DNA of 64,000 nucleotides from Alphaproteobacteria bacterium (GCA_965221125.1 CBDCRW010000004.1:96001-160000), one strand, 5' to 3'; counted from the stretch's first letter, positions 54,881 through 63,434 are shown. Notes: generated by a model from the letters alone, not told the origin. Program-made: numbers and translations.

Positions 54881-55921
54881 CTAGGCGTTGGCGGAACCGG
54901 GCTCCGGGAACCGCGGGGCCTGCGGCCGACTGCTGCCGTTGGCGGCGGCGGCCGCCGCCCGCTTGTCCGCTGCGCCTGCGACGACGCTGTAGCCGCCCTC
55001 GGCGTTGCGCGCGACGCGACCCTCCTGGACGAGCTTTTGCAAGATTACGCCGACGGTCTTGTGCCGGGTCGCGGCGCGTTCCCGGATCTGGCGTTGCGAG
55101 AGCGGCGCCCCGGCGTCGGCGAGCGCCTTGAGAACGCGGCATTCGGGTGTTTCGGGCTGAGGCGCCCCGCCGCCGGCCGTGGGCGGCTGGCGCAGCCGGA
55201 AGGAGGGCTCCTCTCCGTCTTCCTTGAGCTCGATCTCGATGTCGTCGAGACCGCGTGCGGCGCGATGCTCGACGGTCATGAGGGTCTGCCGGTCCCGGCG
55301 GCGCAGGTAGAGGTTCGAGTCCCCCCAGGCGTGCAGCTCACTGCTGCCCCGCAGGGCCTGCCCCGGCCTCGTGGCCCCGCTCTTGCGGGCGTGGTGGACG
55401 AGGAGGACGGCGGTCTCGAAGCGGCGTTGCAGGTCGCGCAGGAAGCCGAGGATCGGGGCGACGTCCGCAACCGTGTTCTCGTCCACGCCGTGCAGGCGGA
55501 CCAGGGGGTCGAGGACCACGAGGCGCGGTGCGATGCGCTCCACGGTCTGCTGCAGGCGGCGGCGGTCGTCGAGATGGTCGAGGCGCAGTGTGGGCACGTC
55601 GATGACGGCGATGTCGAGGGTCTCGAAGCGGGCGCCTGCGGCGCGGGCGATCCCCTGCAGGCGCTTGCGCACGAGGTGGCCGGCGTCTTCTGCGGCGAAC
55701 AGCAGGACCGGGCCAGGCCGGGCCGGGGCGAAGTGCCGCAGGCATGGGACGCCGGCGGCGACTGCGACCGCGAGGTCCAGCGCCAGGATGGACTTGCCGC
55801 ACTTCGGCTCGCCGCCGACGATGCCGACGGCCTGCTCGCCCCATAGCGTGTCCACCAGCCATTGCTGCTCGCGCGGCCGCTCCTCCAGCTCGATCGGGGC
55901 GCGGGTCGGGAAGCCGGTCAT
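54881..55921 (-). CDS. RecA/RepA-like AAA_25 ATPase (putative SF4 helicase) with C-terminal winged helix
   Basis: Walker A GEPKCGKS, AAED, Walker B VVLDP, LLVHH, LRGSS; C-terminal LSQRQIRERAATRHKTVGVILQKLVQEGRV; ATGA overlap with the upstream ATPase. Confidence 0.82.
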   Translation of the reverse strand: MTGFPTRAPIELEERPREQQWLVDTLWGEQAVGIVGGEPKCGKSILALDLAVAVAAGVPCLRHFAPARPGPVLLFAAEDAGHLVRKRLQGIARAAGARFETLDIAVIDVPTLRLDHLDDRRRLQQTVERIAPRLVVLDPLVRLHGVDENTVADVAPILGFLRDLQRRFETAVLLVHHARKSGATRPGQALRGSSELHAWGDSNLYLRRRDRQTLMTVEHRAARGLDDIEIELKEDGEEPSFRLRQPPTAGGGAPQPETPECRVLKALADAGAPLSQRQIRERAATRHKTVGVILQKLVQEGRVARNAEGGYSVVAGAADKRAAAAAANGSSRPQAPRFPEPGSANA

Positions 55922-56721
55922 GGCCGCAGTTCCTCGAGCGCGTGCTGCAGGTGGTCGGCACTGACGGTCCTCGCCTCGTCGAGAGCGGCGGCGGAGAGCG
56001 CGTAGTGGGCGATGCGGTTGATCTGGCGCGGCAGGCCGCGCGCGCCCTGGAACAGGGCCTCGACGGCGGGCTCTTCGAACAGCGGCAGTTCGCATCCCGC
56101 GAGCCTGAGGCGGTGCTTGATGTAAGCGTCGACCTCGTCGCGGTCGAGACCGCTCAGGTGGTGGCGGACGACGAGGCGCTGGCTGAGGGATTCGTGCATG
56201 GCCATGGCCAGGCGGCGCCTGAGCTCGGTCAGACCGACGAGGACGAGGCACAGGCGCTGCTCTGCATCCATGGCGAAGTTGGTGAGCAGGCGCAGGTCCT
56301 CAAGGACGTCGTTGCGCAGATGATGGGCCTCGTCGATGACGAGGACCGGCAGCTGCTTGGCCTCGGTGACGAGGCGGGAGATCTCGTTTCGGATGGCCTG
56401 ATAGGCCGAGGCGCGGGAGCGCTCGATGGGCAGGCCGATCTCCCACGCGATCGCCTTGTACATGTCGAGCACGTTGCCCGTGGTCAGCGAGACGTAGTGG
56501 ACCCGGTAGAGGCCTGGATGAAGCTGCGCGGTCAGATGCCGGCACACGGTGGTCTTGCCGGAGCCCACCTCGCCGGTGAGCAGGCCGATGCCGCGCAGGT
56601 CGATGAGGTGGCCGAGCCTGGCCTCGGCCTCGCGGCGCGCGTTGGACTCGAACAGCTCGTCGGTCTCTGCCGGGGTCTCGAAGGGCAGGCGGGTGAAGGC
56701 GAAGTGGCGCAGGTACATCAC
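55918..56721 (-). CDS. ExeA-family AAA+ ATPase (transposition helper, TnsC/MuB/IstB-like role inferred)
   Basis: YLRHFAFTRLPF, Walker A GEVGSGKT, Walker B VIDEAH, YIKHRL, GLPRQIN; start overlaps the transposase stop. Confidence 0.88.
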   Translation of the reverse strand: MMYLRHFAFTRLPFETPAETDELFESNARREAEARLGHLIDLRGIGLLTGEVGSGKTTVCRHLTAQLHPGLYRVHYVSLTTGNVLDMYKAIAWEIGLPIERSRASAYQAIRNEISRLVTEAKQLPVLVIDEAHHLRNDVLEDLRLLTNFAMDAEQRLCLVLVGLTELRRRLAMAMHESLSQRLVVRHHLSGLDRDEVDAYIKHRLRLAGCELPLFEEPAVEALFQGARGLPRQINRIAHYALSAAALDEARTVSADHLQHALEELRP

Positions 56722-58046
56722 TCGTCCTCCTTCTTGTCCTTGAGGTTGCGCATGGCCAGCGGCGAGGGCGGAGGCTCGGGCGCCGGATCTTCGGCCTCGA
56801 TCTCCCTGGCCGGGTAGGTGCGCCTGACGGCGGTATTGGCGTAGGCGTCGAGAGGGCTGGCCTTGCCGGCCGGCTTGCCGTCATGGACCACGTCGAGAGG
56901 GCGCGAGGGCGGCGCGGCCGGGTCGTAGCGCAGGATGACGTTCTGACCCACCAGGAGGGCGTCGACCTCGTAGACGCGGCCGTTCAGACTAACGGTGCGG
57001 TCCTTGTAGACACGGCGCCTGGCCTCGAAGAGGAACAGATCGTCGAGGTCCATGGTGGCGTCGGGATAGCGCACGCCGGCCGAGGCCAGCGCCCACTGCT
57101 CAAGCGGGGTGCGCCCCTCGTCGAGGCCACGATGCGGGCTGTTGTGATACTCCCCCTCGATCCAGGCCCAGAGGCTGCGGTTGAGCGCCTCCAGGCTGTC
57201 GACGTCATCGCCGAGGTGGCGGAGCCAGCCGGCCCGGAGGGTGCGGAAGAAGCGCTCGATCTTACCCTTTCCCGCTGGCTGGAACGCCCTTGCGTGAATC
57301 AACGCAACGCCGAGCCTGGCGCAGACCAGGGAGAGATGACGGGAGCGGTAGGCGCTTCCGTTGTCGACGTACAAGCGGGCCGGGAGGCCGCGCCGGATCA
57401 GCGCGTCCTTGAACACCGGCAGGAACGCCGCAGTGTTCTCCGCCATGGCGAAGGCGGCGAACGGGATGACGCGGGTGGCGTCGTCGATGAAGGCGATCAG
57501 GTAGGTCTTGCGCCGGGTTCGGCCGTGCCGGACCTTGGGTCCGTGCATGACGTCGCTCATCCACATCTCGCCGGCATGCCGGAAGGCGAAGCGGCGGCGA
57601 TCCGCCCCGTCGGGCGGCTTCTTGTCGAACAGGCCCTCGCGGCTGAAGAGGCGGTGCACGGTGGACGAGGCGAGCGGGTGGTCGATACCCTCCTCCTTGA
57701 CCTTCTGGATGATGGCGCGAACCGACAATGCGTCGTTCTCGGTCTTCAGCGCGATGAGGCGCTCGGCGACCTCGGGCGGCAGCCGCCGGGGCTTCCCCCG
57801 GTCGGTGCGGGGCTTGGGGTAGAGCGCGTCGAAGCCGCCGTAGCGGTAGTCCTTGATCCAGCGCCGCATGGTCTCGGCGGCGACCCGGGTCCTGGTGGTT
57901 CCGGGGATCGTGTAGGTCTTCTCGGCTTTGGCGCGCATCATCGCGCCGGCACCCGGTGCACCCACGGGCAGATGCACCAGATCGGCGATGACGTCGTATC
58001 GGAAGAGCGCGATCTGTTGGCGAAGGTCGTCGTCTGAGCTGTTCAT
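56718..58046 (-). CDS. DDE transposase/integrase (rve core with Mu-transposase C-terminal-like domain)
   Basis: N-terminal HTH (TMRRWIKDYRYGGFDALYPKPR); catalytic WMSD, VDNGSAY, KGKIERFF; C-terminal RRVYKDRTVSLNGRVYEV. Confidence 0.92.
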   Translation of the reverse strand: MNSSDDDLRQQIALFRYDVIADLVHLPVGAPGAGAMMRAKAEKTYTIPGTTRTRVAAETMRRWIKDYRYGGFDALYPKPRTDRGKPRRLPPEVAERLIALKTENDALSVRAIIQKVKEEGIDHPLASSTVHRLFSREGLFDKKPPDGADRRRFAFRHAGEMWMSDVMHGPKVRHGRTRRKTYLIAFIDDATRVIPFAAFAMAENTAAFLPVFKDALIRRGLPARLYVDNGSAYRSRHLSLVCARLGVALIHARAFQPAGKGKIERFFRTLRAGWLRHLGDDVDSLEALNRSLWAWIEGEYHNSPHRGLDEGRTPLEQWALASAGVRYPDATMDLDDLFLFEARRRVYKDRTVSLNGRVYEVDALLVGQNVILRYDPAAPPSRPLDVVHDGKPAGKASPLDAYANTAVRRTYPAREIEAEDPAPEPPPSPLAMRNLKDKKEDE

Positions 58047-58091
58047 GGTGCGATCCTCGTTCAGGGACTCCCTGGCCCCGGGATCGTCACG

Positions 58092-58727
58092 CTACGAACT
58101 CTCCGGCGGCGGGTCCGGCCCCGCCCGTTGTTGGAACTGCGGTTTGCGATTCCCCACGTCGATGCCGTGGGGTTGGAAGCCCAGAGGCGCGGGTAGCGTC
58201 CGGAGCTGCCCGGCGACCAGGCCGCGCAGTTCCATCAACGCGCTGTCGCTCTTCAGACGCTCGCGCACCGCGCTCATGGTGGGCGCGCAGCCCGCGAGCA
58301 GGTCGGGGATCAGGCCGATGACGCGCACAAGCGCGTCGTGCACAAGCTTCAGCCTGCGGCGGATCCAACGCACGGCGCCGGGAAGCTCGATGGCGTCCTC
58401 GTCCTCGGGGCAGCGCACCTCGTCCGCTGCCTCCTCCAGGCTGCCGGCCTCCTCCGCCACGACAACAACCGCTTCCAGCGCATCGAGCGTGCCCGGCAGC
58501 CGCGCCGCCAGACAGTCGGCCAGCAGGCCGATGGTCGTATGGCTCTCACGGCAATACCAGCGAGGAACCCTTGCGCCGGGCGGGGTCTTCCGCTCGTAGG
58601 TGCCGTGGCTTGCCACAGAACATCCGCCGTGCGGGTGATTCGGGCAGCGCTCAAGCCTTGCGTCGCGCCACGCCTCGGTCTTAACGTATTCCTCGCTGGT
58701 GAGCCCCGTTTCGTAGCGAAGCTGCAC
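58092..58727 (-). CDS. Transposon-encoded hypothetical protein with putative Zn-ribbon (DUF6431-like)
   Basis: CPNHPHGGC...HGTYERK...RWYCRESHTT..LLADCL pattern followed by a helical region; first gene of the transposon operon. Confidence 0.7.
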   Translation of the reverse strand: MQLRYETGLTSEEYVKTEAWRDARLERCPNHPHGGCSVASHGTYERKTPPGARVPRWYCRESHTTIGLLADCLAARLPGTLDALEAVVVVAEEAGSLEEAADEVRCPEDEDAIELPGAVRWIRRRLKLVHDALVRVIGLIPDLLAGCAPTMSAVRERLKSDSALMELRGLVAGQLRTLPAPLGFQPHGIDVGNRKPQFQQRAGPDPPPESS

Positions 58728-59101
58728 CGGCCCTGGCCCGGCGGGAGTTCCGTCCCCCGGGCCTCTCTTTGTCGTTCAGTGAGAGGCCAAGATTACGGAC
58801 GCTCCCCGCCGCCGCCAAGCTGTGGAGCCGTGGACGCGTCCTGCGGACCGATCGGCGTCCTGCGGACCGTGTGGACAGCCCGTGGACAAGCTGGCGCTTG
58901 CCCACCGCCTGACCACACTCGCCGATCTCGCGCCCACCGCTCCACAGCTTCAACAGCAATGAGGATTCTGCTGAGGATCAAAAAAATGCCGCAGGCAGCG
59001 TCCTTCCCGCACTCGGCCACCATCCCGGGAAATCCACCAACCAATCAAAGTGAGAAAAAAACCCGTGCTTCTATCCGGCTAGACCGGAAAACAACACTCG
59101 G

Positions 59102-59669
59102 CACTGCGGACAAGGTGCTGGCCTACATGAACCTGGAGCCCATCGGCCCCCGCTTCCTGCAGGAGGTCGAGGCCTTCCTCGAGGTGACCGGCATAAAGCC
59201 GCACGTCCTGGGCGAACAGGCGCTGGGAGATCCCAGCTTCGTGCTCCGGCTGGAGCAGGGAAGATCCCCGATGCTCGGCACAGTCGACAAGGTGGGTGCG
59301 TGGATGGCGGACAACGCGAGCGCGGCGGAGCTCGAGGCGGTGCGGGCCGCAGTCGAGGACGCCTCGCCCGCCGTTCCGTTCGATGCGGCAGGACGGGAAG
59401 AGACGGAGGAGGAGGAGACTCACTACATGAGCACGCGTCAAGTGGCGGCGTACCTGGGACTGAGCCCACGCACACTGGAGAACTACCGGTGTCGCGGTGG
59501 GGGCCCGCCTTTCCACGTCTTCGGCGGCGCGGTGCGCTATCTGCTGTCCGACGTGGTGAACTGGGCGTCGAAGCGGCGCAGGCGTTCGACCTCCGACGAC
59601 GGGGTGCGGAGCGCGATCCCGAAAGACAGAGGGCACGCTTTAGATGGGGCTACCTCGTTTTCCGATTGA
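59102..59669 (+). pseudogene. 3' part of the interrupted Cro-like x2 + HTH_17 gene
   Basis: TADKVLAYM...FLQEVEAFLEVTG...LGDPSFVLRLEQGRSPMLGTVDKV...YMSTRQVAAYLGLSPRTLENYRCRGGGPPF. Confidence 0.85.
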
Positions 59670-59677
59670 CCACGCCG

Positions 59678-60409
59678 TCAGACGGTGTCGGCCAATCTTC
59701 GCCCGAGCCTCGCCTTCGCCCACACCTCGAGATCGAAGCGCGCGTACAACACTCGACGCCCGAACTTGTGGAACCCAGGTCCCTCGCCGGTGACCCGGTA
59801 GCTCTCGAGCGTTTTGGACGAGAGCCCGACGACGGTCGCAGCCTCGCGCGGGGTGAGAAAGGTCCGCTCATCGATCTTCGGGATCTGCTCGTCGTCGTCG
59901 GTCCATGGTGGGAACGCTGCGCCAAGCCCGTAGGGCGGGACCGTGACATCGCTTGCGAGCAGCCACGCGATACCGGTGCGTTGGAAATCGTCCGCAGCGG
60001 TGTGCATCCAGAACCTCACCCGCGCAACTCTGTCGAGCGTCGGCGATGCTCCGCTTCGGAGCTCCCGCACGAACGAGGATTTTCCGACCGCCCTGGTCCC
60101 GACCAGGGTCGGGCTGGTCCTGGTGACGATGAGGAACGCCTCGACCTCCCGCCGGAACCTCGGACCGATGGGGGCGATGTCCATGAAGCGGAGCACCCGG
60201 TCGACAGTGTCGAGACCCGGCGAAGCACCGTCATTCAGGTCCGGGACGAACTCGGGATCATCGAGCGCGAGCTCGCCGAGCCTCCTGTCGCTCATCTTGG
60301 AACGCTTGAGATACTCCGAGATGGCGTCCCGAAACGCGGCGTCGATCACGGTCCTCTGCCCGGTCTCCAGCGATGGACCGGGCCGGCGCCGGCCCGAACG
60401 CACGGGCAT
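59678..60409 (-). CDS. Tandem Cro-like HTH domains fused to an HTH_17 (AlpA/Xis-like) domain
   Basis: Two internal repeats (LALDDPEFVPDLNDGASPGLDTVDRV and AVGKSSFVRELRSGASPTLDRVARV) and C-terminal FLTPREAATVVGLSSKTLESYRVTGEGPGF; start codon uncertain. Confidence 0.75.
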   Translation of the reverse strand: MPVRSGRRRPGPSLETGQRTVIDAAFRDAISEYLKRSKMSDRRLGELALDDPEFVPDLNDGASPGLDTVDRVLRFMDIAPIGPRFRREVEAFLIVTRTSPTLVGTRAVGKSSFVRELRSGASPTLDRVARVRFWMHTAADDFQRTGIAWLLASDVTVPPYGLGAAFPPWTDDDEQIPKIDERTFLTPREAATVVGLSSKTLESYRVTGEGPGFHKFGRRVLYARFDLEVWAKARLGRRLADTV

Positions 60410-60473
60410 TCGGAATTCATGCGACACCGTCAGCTGTCCCGGCGGCACCGATCCTGACACGACATCGCCCCGA

Positions 60474-60728
60474 TCAGAGCGCGTCCGGCTGGCCGGTATG
60501 GAACTGGCCGGTGTGGTGATAGCGTTGCCCGGCCGCCCAATCGGCGAGGTCGGCCAGCGCGTAGACGATGGAAGTGCCGAACATGTAATAGGCGGGCCCA
60601 CCCCCACGTATCCGGTAGCGGCGGAGGGACTCTGTGCTCACGCGCAGGATGGCGGCCGCCTCGCGGGGTTTCACGAACTCCGGCAGGATGCCGTCATGCA
60701 CGGCCTGAGTCTCGTCCCGAGTCTCCAT
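60474..60728 (-). CDS. Small HTH_17 / excisionase-like DNA-binding protein
   Basis: FVKPREAAAILRVSTESLRRYRIRGGGPAY...VYALADLADW. Confidence 0.72.
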   Translation of the reverse strand: METRDETQAVHDGILPEFVKPREAAAILRVSTESLRRYRIRGGGPAYYMFGTSIVYALADLADWAAGQRYHHTGQFHTGQPDAL

Positions 60729-61388
60729 CTTCGTCACCGCCGTCGCACCGAAACGGGGACGGGGACCGGGGATGTCGAAGCGTGCCGCCGGTCGACGACC
60801 GGGCCCGATCGCCCCTCCGGCGGTGTCGAGCGGTGGAGCCGCCCTGGTTCGAACCGGACGCTCACGATCATCATCGGCCACGTTCCTCCCCAACTGCCGA
60901 GCGTGCAGTCCGCCCCGCCGGGCGACGACGCCAAACGGCTCCTGGCCACGGCCCGTCTGTCGGTCGCTCGGTCGCCCTCTGACAGTCTCGGTTAGCAGCC
61001 CGCTGCCGGAAATGGAAATGCCTATTGAAGCCAAATGCATGCCACTGCCGTATGCAGGAATGCGAGCAGGGCAGAGCGATCACGGGGTCTGTCTGATCGA
61101 CCCCGCTCCGGGCAGGTTATCGGATATCTCGTGAGATTCTCACGGATGGGACCGCCTCGGCGGCAGCCGGTGCCCCGCGGCCGGTCGCGCTCGGCCGGGA
61201 GCGGGCTGCGGCATGGTGGTGCCACGAGTCCCCTACGATTATGTGAGACTCGATGTCGCGTTGACGACGAGACCACCGGAGGTTGTGTGAGCGACTGGAA
61301 CAATGTGGGACACCCTTCCGGAACTGGGACGGTTGGCCGTCATCGCCAGCTGGTTTTCTACGGTCACCTTTGGAAAGAAGTCGTGTGT

Positions 61389-61535
61389 AAGGCGCACTTG
61401 CGCAAGGCCGCCGAGCGCACTGTAGAAGGCCTGTGGAAAGCCATCGCCGCATCCTCGAAACCTTCCAGCCCCAGGAATGCCGAAACGATTTCGCTGCCGC
61501 AGGATATGATCCAACCCGATCGGATGACGCTCTAG
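61389..61535 (+). mobile_element. IS630-family remnant (transposase C-terminus and right end)
   Basis: KAHLRKAAERTVEGLWKAI then, after a frameshift, ILETFQPQECRNDFAAAGYD; ends ...GACGCTCTAG. Confidence 0.75.
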
Positions 61536-61578
61536 TCTGAACAGGCTCCGCAAGAGGAAAACAGGGAGGAGGCGAACC

Positions 61579-62394
61579 GTGGTGGATTTTTTCGATCGGA
61601 ACCGCCGGACAGTGGCGGACATGCGCGCGATGAAGGCGAGGGGCGAGAAGATCTCGATGCTCTACGTCCAGACACTGGAGGAAGCGGAGGCGGCGGACCG
61701 GGCCGGCATCGACATGCTCTCGATCGAAGCGCGATTCTTCTCGCCCGAAATGCGCGAGGCGGCGGGGCGATGCTTCGTGCAGGTGGGCCTGCCCTACGGG
61801 CAGTTCGGCGATTACGTGACAGCCGAGGACTACCTGCGGGGGGCGTTCCACTTCGCGCGCATGGGGGGCGATTGCTTCTATTGCTCGGCATCCTTCGACA
61901 TCCAGAAGGTGCTCTGCGACAACCACGTGCCGATCGTGGCCCATGTGGGCTTCGTCCCGGCCCTCGTGACCTGGACCGGATGGCGGGCGGTCGGCAAGAC
62001 GGCAGTCGAGGCGCTGGCCGTCTGGAAGCAGGTGAAGCGGCTGGAAGCGGTCGGCGCCTTTGGCGCAGAGCTGGAGGTGGTGCCCGACCGCGTCGGCGAG
62101 ATGATCTCGAAGAACACCTCGATGCTCATGCTCGGCATGGGCGCGGGCCCTCACGCCGATGCGCAGTACCTCTTCGCCGAGGACGTGCTGGGCCACACCT
62201 CGGGCCACAAGCCGCGGCACGCCAAGACCTACCGGAACTTCGCCGCCGAGTACGAGCGGCTTCAGAACGAGCGCGTCGCCGCCTTCGAGGAATTCATCGC
62301 CGACGTGCGCTCCGGCGCCTACCCTGAGCCCGCGCACATCGTGCCCATCTCGGATGAGGAATTCGAGGCGTTCCTGGCAGGCACGGAGGACTGA
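61579..62394 (+). CDS. PanB-like (3-methyl-2-oxobutanoate hydroxymethyltransferase family) protein, atypical
   Basis: GEKISML, AGIDML, VPIVAHVGFVP, AVGKTA, ELEVVP, GMGAGPHADAQYLFAEDVLG, DVRSGAYP; lacks the canonical LVGDS motif. Confidence 0.8.
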   Translation: MVDFFDRNRRTVADMRAMKARGEKISMLYVQTLEEAEAADRAGIDMLSIEARFFSPEMREAAGRCFVQVGLPYGQFGDYVTAEDYLRGAFHFARMGGDCFYCSASFDIQKVLCDNHVPIVAHVGFVPALVTWTGWRAVGKTAVEALAVWKQVKRLEAVGAFGAELEVVPDRVGEMISKNTSMLMLGMGAGPHADAQYLFAEDVLGHTSGHKPRHAKTYRNFAAEYERLQNERVAAFEEFIADVRSGAYPEPAHIVPISDEEFEAFLAGTED

Positions 62395-62632
62395 TCGGAT
62401 GTCGAACACGTGGCCGCCGCCGTCACTCGGCGCCGCACGGGCCGGATGGCGCTGACATGGCCGGCGCGATCGGAATCGGATTGATCGGAACGGGCGGGGT
62501 CGCGACGCTGCATGCGAACGCGATCAACGCGGTCTCGGGAATCGAGGCGGCGGAGAAGGCGATCGGGGGTGCGGCGACGCCGATCGCCTACGACTGAACC
62601 AACGATGCGGGCCAAGAGGGTCGAATGCGGCT

Positions 62633-63412
62633 TCAGTGAGTGACGAGAAGCTCCGTCAGCTCCTCTATGGTGGTCTCTTCCTTGCGGGCGACCTTGATCA
62701 CCCGTCCGTGGGCCATCACCACGAAGCGGTGACAGACCTGCGACGCCTGGTAGAGGTTGTGGGTCACGAAGACGCACGAGACCCCGGTTGACGCGAGCTC
62801 GGTCATGAAGCCCAGCACCTTTTCGGTCTCGCGGACGGAGAGCGCGCTGGTCGGTTCGTCGAGCAGCAGCATGTCGTGCTTGAAATGCACCGCGCGGGCG
62901 ATGGCGACCGCCTGCTGCTGGCCGCCCGAAAGCTCCTCCACCATCAGCTCGGGCGAGGTGATGCCGGCGATGCGGACGTACTTGTCAAGGATCTCCATCG
63001 CGGTGTCGCGCATCTCCTTCATGCGCAGGAAGCCGGCCCGGTTGACCAGCTCCCGCCCGGCGAAGATGTTGCGCATGATCGACATCGAGCCCACCAGCGC
63101 GATGTCCTGGTAGATCGTCTCGATGCCCGCCGCCTCCGACGCCCTGCGGGAGTGGATGGAGATCGGGTCTCCGTTTCGCAGGAACGACCCGCTGTCGGGC
63201 TGCACGACGCCTGACATGATCTTGATGAGGGTGGACTTGCCCGCGCCGTTGTCGCCGAGGAGTCCGACCACCTCGTTGGGATAGATCTCGAAGTCCACGT
63301 CGATCAGCGCTTCCACGTGGCCGTACGACTTCGAAACCCCGCGAACCTCGAAGATCGGTGCGCCCGCTTCGGCGCTGTCGGCCTCGTCGATCGCTACTTG
63401 AGCTTCCGCCAT
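62633..63412 (-). CDS. Monosaccharide ABC transporter ATP-binding protein
   Basis: GDNGAGKST, LSGGQQQAVAIARA, LLLDEPT, VTH. Confidence 0.93.
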   Translation of the reverse strand: MAEAQVAIDEADSAEAGAPIFEVRGVSKSYGHVEALIDVDFEIYPNEVVGLLGDNGAGKSTLIKIMSGVVQPDSGSFLRNGDPISIHSRRASEAAGIETIYQDIALVGSMSIMRNIFAGRELVNRAGFLRMKEMRDTAMEILDKYVRIAGITSPELMVEELSGGQQQAVAIARAVHFKHDMLLLDEPTSALSVRETEKVLGFMTELASTGVSCVFVTHNLYQASQVCHRFVVMAHGRVIKVARKEETTIEELTELLVTH

Positions 63413-63434
63413 TTTCGCTCCTCCCGCGGCGCCG

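Larger units (their letters stand above)
54476..59096 (-). mobile_element. Complete four-gene DDE transposon (Mu/Tn7/Tn552-like ends)
   Basis: Ends TGTTGTTT (54476) and AAACAACA (59096); 5-bp direct repeat CTCGG at 54471-54475 and 59097-59101; removing the element restores an open reading frame. Confidence 0.92.

Noticed and set aside
61389-61535. IS630 fragment as an active element or as the mobiliser of the MITE-like repeats
   Set aside because: Only a frameshifted 3' remnant remains, and its end sequence does not match the repeat TIRs beyond CTA.
62400-62630. GATCGGA-rich intergenic stretch with hairpin AGGCGATCGG/CCGATCGCCT
   Set aside because: Compatible with an ordinary terminator-like hairpin between convergent genes; no regular repeat-spacer period.
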